Below, piece by piece: positions 1 to 12,179 of a stretch of 64,000 nucleotides of DNA; the stretch's first letter is position 1; each line of letters begins with the position of its first letter. Origin of the DNA: the human T2T-CHM13v2.0 reference genome, Homo sapiens; NCBI RefSeq assembly GCF_009914755.1, contig NC_060925.1, one strand, 5' to 3'. A program made the translations under genes and the position numbers. The notes below the pieces were generated by a model. That model did no database searches, was not told the DNA's origin, and saw only the letters and a program-made list of their open reading frames with translations.

Positions 1-12
1 ATAGAAGATGCA

Positions 13-302
13 GGCTGGGCACAGTGGCTCAAGCATGTAATCTCAGCACTTTGGGAGGCAGAGGTGGGCAGATCACAAGGTCAAGAGTTCAAGACCATCC
101 TGGCCAACATGGTGAAACCCTGTCTCTACTCAAAATACAAAAATTAGCTGGGCTTGGTGGTGTGTGCCTGTAGTCGCATCTACTCAGGAGGCTGGGGCCG
201 GAGAATTGCTTTAACCTAGGAAGCAGAGGTTGCAGTGAGCCGAGAGTTGCGCCACTCCACTCCAGCCTGGAGACAGGGCAAGACTCTCTGTCAAAAAAAA
301 AA
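13..302 (+). mobile_element. Alu SINE, AluSc-like, full length
   Basis: GGCTGGGCACAGTGGCTC start, two arms with A-rich linker, A tail; TSD ATAGAAGATGC at 1-11 and 304-314; CAGCCTGGAGACAG and GGTCAAGAG diagnostic positions. Confidence 0.95.
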
Positions 303-589
303 CATAGAAGATGCTTATATAGTGGATTACTGGCATAATTAATTTAAAATTTAGTTTGGCAACAAAGACTAACCAGAAAAGACAAATTAAGAACAACATT
401 GTGTACAAAAGGTGTGGAATTCACTGTATACACAATAATCCTCAAAAGACACAAGGGAGCTGCTATTTTTCTTCAAGAACCCTAATTTTATCTTTTATCA
501 GTTGACTTGCTCTCTTGCTCATACTCCTAAGTGTATAGTTATTTGTTAATTATACAGCATTCAGGTATGAAGACAGAATCAAAGAGTAA

Positions 590-662
590 GAGAAAGACAA
601 AGGAGAAAAAGAAAAGGAAGAAGAAGGAGGATTACAAGAAATAAGGGAAGAGGAAGGAGGAG
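590..662. repeat. GA-rich low-complexity polypurine tract
   Basis: almost only A and G (AAGAAGAAGGAGG...). Confidence 0.6.
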
Positions 663-713
663 TACATTAGGGAAAACTATTTATTGCCTGTCAAAACCTA
701 AGTGCAGAATATG

Positions 714-2972
714 TGTGTGTGTCCATTCTCATGCTGCTACAAAGAACTGCCCAAGACTGGGCAATTTATAAAGGAAACAGGTTTAATTGGTTCCACTCTG
801 CAAGGCTCGAGAGGCCTCAGGAAACTTACAGTCATGACAGAAGGGGAAGTAAATACCTTCTTCACATGATAGCAGGAAGGAGAAGAATGGGTGCCCAGTG
901 AAGGGGGAGCCCCTTATAAAACCATAAGATCTTGTGAGAACTAACTCACTATCATGAGAAAAGGATAGAATCCCCCCTATCACCGCATGATTCAATTATC
1001 TCCACCTGGTCCCTCCCATGACACATGGGGATTATGAGAACTACAATTCAAGATGAGATTTGGGTGGGGACACAGCCAAACCATATAATTCTGCCCCTGG
1101 CCCCTTCCAAATCTCATATCTTCACAATTCAAAACACAATCATGCCTTCCCAACAGTCCCCCAAAGTCTTAACTCATTCCAGCATTAACCCAAAAGTCCA
1201 AGTCCAAAGTCTCCCCTGAGACAAGGCAAGTCCCTTCTGCCTATGAGCCTGTACAATCAAAAGCAGGTTAGTTACTTCCTAGATACAACGGGGGTACAGG
1301 CATTGGGTAAATGCACCCATTCCAAATGGGAGAAATTGGCCAAAATGAAGGGGTTACAGAACCTGTTTGTGTCTGAAATCCAATAAGGCAGTCATCAAAC
1401 CTTAAAGTTACCAAATGGTCTCCTTTGATTCAATTTCTCATATCCAGGTCACACTGATGCAAGAGGTAGGCTCTCTGTGGCTTTTCAGGGTACAGCTCCC
1501 TTTCCAGCTGCCTTACAGGCTGGCATTGAGTGTCTGTGGCTTTTCTAGGTGCACGGTGTAAGCTGTTGGTGGATCTACCATTCTAGGGTCTGGAAGATGG
1601 TGGCCCTTTTCTCACAGCTCCACGAGACAGTGCCCCAGTGAAGACTGTGTGGGGACTCCAACCCCACACTTCCCTTCCCCACTGTGCTATCAGAGGTTCT
1701 CCATGAATGCTCTGCCCTGCAGCAAACTTCTGTCTGGACATCCAGGCATCTCCATACATCTCTGTAATCTAGGTGGAGGTTCCCAAACCTCAATTCTTGA
1801 CTTCTGTGAACCTGCAGGCCCAAGGCCACATACAAACCACCAAGGCTTGGGGCTTGCATGCTCTGAAGTAATGACCTGATCTGTATGCTGGCCCCTTTTA
1901 GACATGGCTGGAGCTGAAGCATCTGGGATGCAGCCCATGAAACCATTTTTCCCTCCTAGGCCTTCAGGTCTCTGATGGGATGGGATGGCTGTGATGGTCT
2001 TTGACATGCCCTGGAGACATTTTCCACATTGTCTTGGTGATTAACATTCAGCTGTTTGTTACTTATGCAAATTTCTGCAGCAGGCTTGAATTTCTCCCCA
2101 GAAAATGGGTTTTTCTTTTCTATTGCTTCCTCAGTCTGCAAATTTTTCAGACTTTTATGCTTTTTCCTCTTGAACTCTTTGCCACTTAGAAATGTATTCT
2201 GCCATATGCCCTAAATCATCTCTCTCGAGTTCAAAATTTCACAGATCTCTAGGGCAGGGGCAAAATGCTCTCACTGCATAGCAAGAGTGACCTTTACTCC
2301 AGTTCCCAACAAGTTCTTTATCTCCATCTGAGACCACCTCAGCCTGGACTTCATTGTCCACATCATTATCAGCATTTTAGCCAAAGCCATTGAAGAAGTC
2401 TCTAGGAAGTTCCAAACCTTTCCACATATTCCTATCTTCTGATCCCTCCAAGACTCTCAGAAGTTCCAAACTTTCCCACATTTTCCTGTCTTCTTCTGAG
2501 CCCTCCAAACTGCTCCAACCTCTACCTGTTACCCAGTTCCAAAGTTGCTTGCACATTTTTCAGTATCCTTTATCAGCACCCCACTCTACCAGTACCAATT
2601 TACTGTCCTATTTCATTCTCATGCTGCTAATAAAGACATACCCAAGACTGCGTAGTTTATAAAGAAAAGAGGTTTAATTCACTCACATTTCTACAGGGCT
2701 GGGGAGGCCTCAAGAAACTTACAATCATGGTGGGAGAGGAAGTCAACACATCCTTATACACATGGCGGCAGGGAGAAGATTGAGAGCCGAGAGAAGGTGG
2801 AAGCCCCTTAGAAAACCATCAGATCTCATGAGAACTAGCTCATGAGAACAGGTTGGGAGAAACCACCCCCATGATTCAATTCTCTCCACCTGGTCCCTCC
2901 CACGACATGTGGGGATTATGGGAACTATAATTAAATATGAGATTTGGGTGGGGACACAGCCAAACCATATCA
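714..2972 (-). mobile_element. Full-length MaLR retrotransposon THE1C-like: LTR (714-1088), internal (1089-2603), LTR (2604-2972)
   Basis: Both LTRs end in GATTTGGGTGGGGACACAGCCAAACCATAT(C/A)A, the reverse complement of the THE1 start; typical THE1-int between them; TG-rich flanks ATGTG/GTGTG fit a 5-bp TSD. Confidence 0.93.
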
Positions 2973-4709
2973 GTGTGTGTAAATTAAAGTCTCCAAAATA
3001 AGAATAAAGTGTTGTTTCAAGTTTCCACCATCTATAAGCATGGGATGAGATGCATTTTTAAGAACTTTCAAGTGAAGATCGTGAAGAGTAATTAATGTCC
3101 AAAATACATTCCCCAATCTCTGATTTTCTGTAATGATGATAAGAACATTATGGAAAATATTTTGTATAATTTTCTTTTGTTTTCCATAGAAACAGTAGTC
3201 CTTTTTGCCAACTGAGGCTCTGGTAACTGATTTCTTTCCACTAGCTGGGGCCAGAGGAAAGGTGACAGCGATCACCTCTCTGTCCATGTTCACTGACCTT
3301 TTTCTTCTGTATTCCTTATGTCTGCTATCACATCTCATGTAGGTTAAAGATTAGGCCTCCTCTGGAGTTTGGGTATTCATGAAGCCTACAAACATTTTAA
3401 AAAATGGTTAAGGGACATAGTGAAGAAACTTCTCAAAATTCCATTTTAAGGAAAGCATCATTTGTATAAACCACTTTGTTCTTGTACATTTAAGATTATT
3501 GTTTCTGAATTATTATATTCTACATATAAACATAATATGACTGCATGCTCCATGTCAAGGAATTTGGCGTGGCACTAAAGTAACTCACATGTCCAACTTT
3601 AACATCGGGATGTGCCTAGGGATGTGTTTAGTGCAGTGAGCAACCTATGACTCTCTTTTTTTCTTGAAATAACTATAGGAAGCTTTGAAAATGTGGCTCA
3701 GTGCAAAGAATAAATATTTTCTAAGAAATTTCCTGGTGAATAATGTTATTTATTATCTAGTTCTACAAGTTATATTACGGTGATTTCATAAGCCATTCTT
3801 TTAATTCTTACTGAGCAGGGAGTGGTTCAACTTTTACATTAAAATTTTCATGGTCAGCACTTCCTCACCTCCCTTTTTCCACTCTAAATCAAAGACAGGC
3901 AAGAGTTTTCCAAATCTTCTTTAAATTGCGATACAATGCAACTTTTAAAAACTTTCATTTATCTTTAATAATGTCACTTCCATTTTCTAGAAGTGTTGTG
4001 TCACCCAGGGTTACACAGCAATTAGTGGTAAAGTAAAAAGAAATCTGGAGTTCCTAAATATTTCCCTTCTTTAAGCAATTTCTTTTTCCAGAAAAAGAAT
4101 GCCATGTAAAGTAGGAAACTTCTCTAATCAAATTGTTGAGAGAAGAAAAGGCGGAGAAAACAATTGAAAGATAGTGCTTAAATTTGGATATTCATTTTCT
4201 TTTGAATTTCATGCTGAGGGCTTTGAAGAGTTGGTTTGGCCTGTATATGTGGAGGTTTAATGAAAGCACACGCCCCAGTGGAACCCCAGTTCTCCAACAC
4301 TAGGGAGATTTTTGGAAGAAAGGCATAAGAACGGAGGGTATTAAAATGCAGGTGAATGTGGGTAGAGCAGAAACCATTAATGAGATTTCACCTTCCTAGG
4401 ACTTAAAGGCAACAAGCTCCTACTTTATTTCAAGCTATTCTTACTGTAAGCCATGTTAAAAACCAAGAATATTCTGCTAACAGCTCCTGGTGGTGTTTCA
4501 AAGAGGGAGGAAGTGACATTACATGATTGAGCAATCTCCCATGACTTCTTCCTTCTGATTTGTTGGGGAAGCATGAAAATGCATAGCGGTAGCATTTTCT
4601 TGTGTTGGACAGGGCTTAAAAAACTTCTCCTTTGTATGCTGGTTTCTATAACTTCCACATGAAAATGTTACTGTACCCATCTTTTTCTTCATCATATACA
4701 TATGCACAG

Positions 4710-5885
4710 TGATATGGTTTGGCTATTTCCCCACCCAAATCTCATCTTGAATTCCCACCTGTTGTGGCAGAAACCCAGTGGGAAGTAATTGAATCATGGT
4801 GCAAGTCTTTCCTGTGCTGTTCTTGTGATAGTGAATAAGTCTCATGAGATCTGATGGTTTTAAAAAGAGGAGTTCCCTTGCAATAGTTTGCTGAGAATGA
4901 TGGTTTCCAGCTTTATCCATGTCCCTACAAAGGACATGAACTCATCATTTTTTATGGCTGCATAGTATTCCATGGTGTATATGTGCCACATTTTCTTAAT
5001 CCAGTCTATCATTGTTGGACATTTGGCTTGGTTCCAAGTCTTTGCTATTGTGAATAGTGCCACAATAAACATACATGTGCATGTGTCTTTATAGCAGCAT
5101 GATTTATAATCCTTTGGGTATATACCCAGTAATGGGATGGCTGGATCAAATGGTATTTCTACTTTTAGATCCCTGAGGAATTGCCACACTGATTTCCACA
5201 ATGGTTGAACTAGTTTACAGTCCCACCAGCAGTGTAAAAGTGTTCCTATTTCTCCACATCCTCTCCAGCACCTGTTGTTTCCTGACTTTTTAATGATCAC
5301 CATTATAACTGGTGTGAGATGGTATCTCATTGTGGTTTTGATTTGCATTTCTCTGATGGCCAGTGATGATGAGCATTTTTTCATGTGTCTTTTGGCTGCA
5401 TAAATGTCTTCTTTTGAGAAGTGTCTGTTAAAAAACCAAACACCACATGTTCTCACTCATAGGTGGGAATTGAACAATGAGAACACATGGACACAGGAAG
5501 GGGAACATCACACACCGGGGCCTGTTGTGGGGTGGGGGGAGGGAGGAGAGATAGCATTAGGAGATATACCTAATGTTAAATGACGAGTTAATGGGTACAG
5601 CACACCAACATGGCACATGTATACGTATGTAACAAACCTGCAGGTTGTGCGCATGTACATTAAAACTTAAAGTATAATAAAAAAAAAGAGGAATTCCCCT
5701 GCATAAGTTCTCTCTCTTTGCCTGCTGCCCATCATGTAAGATGTGAATTGCTCCTCTTTGCTTCCACCACGATCGTGAGGCTTCCACAGCCACATAGAGC
5801 TGTAAGTCCAATTAAGCCTCTTTCTTTTGCAAATTGCCCAGTCTTGGGTATGTCTTTATCAGCAGCATGAAAATAAACTAATACA
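4710..5885 (+). mobile_element. THE1A/THE1B-like solo LTR, split by an L1 insertion (parts 4710-4882 and 5688-5885)
   Basis: starts TGATATGGTTTGGCT, ends ACTAATACA; 5-bp TSD CACAG/CACAT. Confidence 0.92.
4883..5687 (+). mobile_element. 5'-truncated, 5'-inverted L1 (L1PA4-like): inverted ORF2 end 4883-5429 (minus), sense 3' end and poly(A) 5430-5687
   Basis: minus ORF translates to the ORF2p C-terminus (HLTPV...[18 protein letters not shown]); sense 3'UTR with G-rich tract and AATAAAAA; about 21-bp TSD AAAAAGAGGA(G/A)TTCCC(T/C)TGCA at 4862-4882 and 5683-5703. Confidence 0.95.
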
Positions 5886-5892
5886 CACATGG

Positions 5893-5902
<10 letters not shown>

Positions 5903-5935
<33 letters not shown>
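5903..5935. repeat. (CA)n microsatellite
   Basis: about 16 CA units. Confidence 0.95.
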
Positions 5936-5937
<2 letters not shown>

Positions 5938-5994
5938 TTCCCTGAGAGTACAGTAAATGCTTCTTGGCAACTTCTTACCACAAACTTGGACCTG

Positions 5995-7890
5995 TCAGTT
6001 GATTTCTCTGCTTGTAACAGGAGCAACTCATTTTGGCTAACTTATGAGAAAGGGAGTATTTTTTAGGGATACTGGAAGCTCATAGAATCTATAGGAAGGC
6101 TAGAAATCCCAGGTGTGGGATTATTATGAGATCCTTGGGGTGTCTCCTCGCCAGGAGGAAACCTCTGTGGCTGGCGTTGCCTTCCACCTGAGTATTGCTC
6201 ATGACCATTGGACTCATTCTGCCCACTCAGCCTGGCAGGCTGCACTCAGCTCACACTACTGGCCTGGATCCCACACCTGCCAAGAGAGAACCAGGCATGG
6301 AGCAGTAAGGGGTGTGTGGGTAAGTGAGCACAGGGTCTCGCCACTGTGCACAGCCAGGCACACCAGCTGCTGTGGCAGGGCAGGCAGCTCCAGGTGCAGG
6401 TACAGGTGCCGGCTTTATGCAAGCCTGAAGCTGGACCAGATGTACCACACACAGCTTCCACTGAGGGCACCTGTGTGTGGATGAGGGGAACACAGTTGGA
6501 CCTGGAAGCTTGGAGATGTGGCCTGGGATTCCTGAAGGGTCACAGCTCTTCTCTCCTTCTCGTGGCCCATGATGTAGCAAGGAGAAGGGAGGCACATTTC
6601 AGCTCTGTCTGTGTTACAGCTCTTTCAGTCCAGCCATTTGGCAGGTCCAGAGTTCTTTTCTCGTGTCTAGAAAGAATGAGATATGTGAACAACTGGAGGG
6701 AAAGTAAGATGGAGAGGAGCTTCATTGAGCAATAGAACAGCCCTCAGGAGATCTGCAGTGGGTAGCTCCTCTCTGCAGGCACATAGTCCCAACGTCCACT
6801 CAAGTCTGGCTGAGTCCAGGCTTTTTATGTGCTCACAAGGGAAGAAGTGCATGCTGATTGGTCTGGGTGGCTGTGGGCAGGACAAGAAAAAGCACAGTAA
6901 GTTCTTACCCAAGGCCACAGACTCCATCCAGAACTGGCAGCCTGGCCCCCAGGCTTCAGGCTGTAACTGTGGCATGAAGGTGGGGCATCATGCTCCCCTT
7001 TCCACCCAGGAGCCTGTCTGTCACCTGCTGTCATCAACATGCCATCCACAGCACCTGCCCTGCCAAGGGACATCTACAGGCCGATGCTGAGCCGACCTCA
7101 GCCTCGCACCAGCCTCCCTCCTGTGTTTGTCTGTGTTCAAAGTCTGGAGGGGGCTGTGGTGGCAGGGCCTGGCATGTTAGCACTGCCCCAAGTGCATACA
7201 CACCTGACCAGGTTCCAACAGTATTCAGGCTCAGCCACGACTTTGCTCTGCCTCAGAGCAGGCCCTGGGAGTGGGGCAAGGCCAGGGAGCAGGAGCCAGT
7301 ACTTCCAAGCCTGTGGGGGAAGGGAGGCTTCCAGAGCCCTGAGAGCACAGGGATGCCCAGGTCCAGAGCTGTGGCTGGGAGGCTGCAGCTGTGCCCAGGG
7401 GCATGGGGCTCCTGGTGGTGCCCCTGTCAACTTGGTAGGGAGTGGGGCTCCCACGTGTTCCCCAACCCCACTGCCTCCACAAAGTACGCAGCCCTGGCCA
7501 CTCCTCCCCCACTGCAGCCAGTGTCTTTGCAGCAGCTACTCCAGACGGGTGGCTGCTGCCATCAGGAGTGTACTGCAGGCATGGAGGTGTTTCCATGGTC
7601 TGTGAATCTGAGACTGTGGGAATGGGTTGCAAGGCCTGCTGATGGGGTGTGAGATGAATGGACCCTACTATCATTTCTATTTATGTGTCATGTACTCATG
7701 ATTCACATTCTAAGCCAGAACTAGTGATTGGCCTAGGCTCGGTCAAGTGCCTCCTTCTAGGTTAAGACATGGCTGGACAGGACATCTGATTTTAGCCACA
7801 CTGGAATCTGTCCAAAGGAAAGAAATGTTATTCCCCAGCAAAGAAATGGAAGTGCTAATTGGAAGGGAAAAAGTAAGCTAGGAAACCAAA
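5995..7890 (-). mobile_element. Old MLT1 (K/L-like) MaLR LTR interrupted by MER52 (parts about 5995-6121 and 7565-7890)
   Basis: GCTTGTAACAGGAGCAACTCATTTTGGCTAACTT...GCTCATAGAATC and GATTGGCCTAGGCTCGGTCA motifs resemble MLT1K/L consensus. Confidence 0.6.
6122..7564 (-). mobile_element. MER52 (ERV1) solo LTR
   Basis: reverse complement begins TGATGGCAGCAGCCACCCGTCTGGAG and ends CACCCCAAGGATCTCATAATA; GC-rich but CpG-poor; 4-bp TSD GGAT/GGAG. Confidence 0.85.
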
Positions 7891-9922
7891 CATCAATGAA
7901 GTTTCAGCACACCAGACTGAGAAGGAAGAAGAGCGCAGAAGAGCAGGGCCCAAATCACCATAGGGTCAATGCAGCCATTCCTGTTGCCAGAGCTAGCACT
8001 CTCAATGGGGTGCTTGTGATTTGTACGGACACCTCTGATTTGTGACCATTGGGAACCAGTAAGCTTCTTGTTCCATTGCTCCAAGTCCTTTTGCCCAGCA
8101 ATCTGCTGGGTTCTGTGGAATCTTCATTAGCTATCACCTTACAGAAAAGATCCTTAGGGTGCAGATGAGGCTGTGAAACCAGATCGTATGATAATTTTTG
8201 CCTTCTAAACTTTCTCTTGAACCGATGAGGACAACTGGGCTCCTCACGGCTTAAATATTCTGAAACCCTAGTATTAAAAATTGTAGGTAATGGCAAAATG
8301 CTCTGAAGCTTTCATTGAGGTATGTTTATGAGAAAGAATAATGTGCTTTTCATGTGAAAGCACAGTGATTTGAAGAAGGAAAAGGAATATAACCCGCAAA
8401 GCTTTAAAACTGAAACAGAGACTCTCTCAGCAATGTTTGTATAATTCATGTTGCAGGCATTTTGAGCTGCCTAATTGAACCATTTCAAAATGTCACGTAA
8501 TCAATGATTTCTGAGTTGTGCAGAGATACAGAACATGCATACACATTTGGCAAAACTCGTCAAATTCTTAACCTATATTTCTGGAGGAAAAATAGGATTT
8601 CTGTATTGGAACTTTAAACTTTATCTCTTCCACATTCCCCTTTGTGAAATTTACTTTCTGATGAGGAGGATTATAGATTAATGTTTTCAATCCCTGTCTC
8701 ACTTGAGACTTCGGAACTATATGTCTCTTGCTCTTTGTGGTGATTGTTGTGGCAATCTTCTCCTCAGCCTCATCTTCTCTTTAAGTCACATCATACTTCT
8801 TCCAAGCCAGTCAAAAATTGCCTTTCTATTTGAGCCTCTATCTTCCTGCTTTTTCTGCTTCCCCATTCCCGGAATCTATCTGAAGTTGCCTTCTTAAGTG
8901 GAATTCTTCACTGCTGATTGAGAAACAGCTTATCCTGGAAATTGTGAAGGTGATATACACTTTCTTACTGAAGTCCCACACTTAAACTCCTAGAAGCTAG
9001 AAATGCCAGAAAATGCTTACGGTCTGACAGAGAGGAAGGAGTTAATTATTGGCCAGGGCTGGACCTAGCCACATCTCATTAAAATGTCTGGTAATACGTT
9101 CAGAGCATCAAGGAGGAAATGAAAAGAAAACATCAGAAGGCTAAAGATGAAAGGAGAGCAATACAATAATAGGAGAGGGCTTCTAATTTCTCAACTGTTT
9201 TAAATTTTTCTTTAAAGAACCGACTTCTCTTCTGGTTTTAAGCCTTCTTTGTTGCAAAGCTATTAGTGTGCTGAGCCACAGTCACTCAGTGACAACAGCA
9301 ATCAGAGTAGTATCGAGAAACATGATGCCAAATTGGATCTTGGCACATTGGTATCTTATTTCTCAAGCTTTGGACAAAGAACTGATATGACTTCAAAGGG
9401 GATAAACAGGAAGGTGCAAACTGGCTAGAATATATGTATATATATACATATGCTCACCACACAGTTATAAAATGAGGAGGGTACAGACAACCTCTAGCTT
9501 CCTGTTTTAGAAACTTGGTCTTTCTAGGTTTCTACTAGTTCTATGAATATACAGACTATTACATGGAGAGAAGGGATAGAAAACATATCACAATACAGAA
9601 AGAACATGCAGAAACCCATGCAGATGAAAGGCAGGAAGATCTTCAGGAAATAGCAAATTTTCCAGGTTGATTGCAACATAGAAGACTTAAAGGGGACTGT
9701 GGGAGAAAGTGAAAGATAATGCATAGAAGAAAAAAATAGAATCTACAAAAGAATAAAAGATCAAGAAATATAAGGGAAAAGTTTTTACCACCCTACTCCA
9801 TGATACTGCGCTGAAGAATGAAATACACAATATACATGTACACGTGCACATACATATACAGATATCATTAGACTCTCACTAGATATATTCATATGAAGCA
9901 CTTTAATAAATGAGGCACACTT

Positions 9923-10241
<319 letters not shown>

Positions 10242-10411
10242 CTATCTAAATATAAGGTAGTATTAGAATTATTAGATAATTAGGCAACAGTGATCCATCA
10301 GAAGTTTCTTTTAAATAGGAGATGTAATGAAAGAGGGTGGGGCAATAATATTTAAATAGAAGTAGATGAATGTCATAAGATATATAAAGAGGATAGAGTT
10401 TTAATCTAGAT

Positions 10412-10628
10412 CATGGCAAACTCTAGCCTACCAGTTAAATTCAGCCCACTGCCTATTTTTGTAAATAAATTGTTATTGCAACATGATCATGGCCATTTGT
10501 TTAGAAATTGTCTATGGCTGCTTCCACACTACAGTCTCAGAGTCAAATAGTTGCAAAAGAGACCATATGACCTGCAAAGTGTAAAATATTTACTATCTTG
10601 CCCTTTACAAAAAGTTTGCCCATCCCTG
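10412..10628 (+). mobile_element. MER58A (hAT-Charlie MITE)
   Basis: CCTATTTTTGTAAATAAA...TTGTCTATGGCTGCTT...AAAGTTTGCCCATCCCTG; 8-bp TSD ATCTAGAT/CTCTAGAT. Confidence 0.85.
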
Positions 10629-10641
10629 CTCTAGATGATCA

Positions 10642-11072
10642 GAATAATAAAATTAGGGAACACTTACTAATCACTCACCATGTGCCAGGCACTGTTTTAA
10701 CATGTTACATAGCTAAGTACCTTAGGAAGGTAGGTACCATTATTGTAGCCATTCAACAAAAGGGCTCAGAAATTTGGCAAGCTTAGATGATTAATGGCAT
10801 AATTCAGGATTTTGAAAATTAGTAAATAAAAATACAGGACACGCAGTTAAATTTGGATTTCAATAAACAATGAGTAATTTCTTAATATAAGTATGTCCCC
10901 TGCAATTTAGTGGAGCAATACAATAATTAGAGAGTACTTTTAATTTCTCTGCAATTTGGGGGCATACTTATACTAAAAATTATTTATTCTTTATCTAAAA
11001 TTCAAATTTAACTGGACATCCTGTATTTGCATTAACTAGGCATCCAACAGACTCCAGAGTTGACTCTTAATA
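10642..11072 (-). mobile_element. MIR SINE split by MER53
   Basis: ATGTGCCAGGCACTGTTTTAA...GGTAGGTACCATTATT core; resumes after MER53 as CAGACTCCAGAG...CTCTTAA. Confidence 0.65.
10805..11047. mobile_element. MER53 palindromic hAT MITE (miR-1302 source family) with a 49-bp insertion in its loop
   Basis: arms AAATACAGGACAC.CAGTTAAATTTG...TATAAGTATGTCCC and GGGGCATACTTATA...CAAATTTAACTGGACATCCTGTATTT are reverse complements. Confidence 0.85.
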
Positions 11073-12179
11073 AGTTCTATAGTTTCTCTGCCTTAGAAGG
11101 GTAATGGAGATATTTGAATAGGAATGGGGAGTCTCACAGAGGAATGAGATGGACACAGGAAGTGTTTTCTGGCTAGTGAGTGATAGAGTTGGCTTTCTTC
11201 CTAGAGGCACCTTAAAGATTTAGCTTGGTTTTGAGTTGAGAAAGTTAAATAAGCTCTGAATTGGTTTCTGTGTGGTATTGTCCAAATTTAGGATCTGGTG
11301 CTCAGAGAGTAATTAAGACTAGGGACATAGATTAAGAATCACCTGAATGCAAGTGGCAATGAAAGTTGGATATAAATGCCAATTCTGAGGAATTCAGGGT
11401 AGGTGTTAACTTAAATCAGACCTAAAATATCCTTCCAGACGGGGCTAACCTGCTAGTATTCGGCAGAGCTTTCAAAATCCATTCCATTTCCATAGTGAAA
11501 ACCCAGCCAGAATTGCACAATAATTTCTCATCAATACTTAAGAAAAAACCAATAGAAAGGAGACGCTCAGCTCAGATTTGTAGGCCTGACTATGCTGAAA
11601 AAGTAAAATTTCTGACTAGGAAAGTAAGCTCCACATATCCTTTCTGTTCTTGGAAATAGGGCCACAGATGTGGGAAACAGCATATTGAAAAGTGCAGTCC
11701 ATCAAGAGCAATAAAATTCAGCACAGGCAACAGCTCAGAGTTTACTTAGGGGTGTGGCATGTTGCTGTTGGATCTATAAGCCTGCTCTAATGGATTATTT
11801 TGCACAAAGCAGCTTGAACAAGGCAAGTGCTAGATATTGTTTTGCAATTGTTACAGGCAATAGTCCATGAGTCCAATTATATACAGGCAGTGCCCCAGAC
11901 ACTGATTTTGCTAATTGCTATCCCTCAGACTTGGAATTCACTTTTATCCCAGTTGCATATTTTTTCAATGAAAGGATGTGATTTCTATCCTAATGGAAGA
12001 GATTGAAATGCTGGCTGCTTCATGACATAATTGGTTACATTACGAGCTAGTTGTTGACTTTGCAAATCTAGCAAATATAAATGAAAAAGTGTAACACCTA
12101 TTTAAAATTATGTATTCATACTTTGTAATCTATCTCTAAGTACTCTGCATCCCAGGTAATAATCAATTATTTCTAAAAA

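Noticed and set aside
2400-2510. About 55-bp tandem duplication in THE1 internal region
   Set aside because: I recall it as a shared feature of THE1C/D internal sequences, so probably not locus-specific.
5517-5548. G-rich quadruplex-like tract
   Set aside because: Standard L1 3'UTR feature.
6063-7674. Dense cluster of overlapping 100-220 aa ORFs on both strands
   Set aside because: All lie in or overlap the GC-rich MER52 LTR where stops are rare; no recognisable protein.
7955-8296. 113-aa minus ORF in apparently unique sequence
   Set aside because: Non-ATG start, no domain similarity I recognise, no supporting splice or poly(A) structure.
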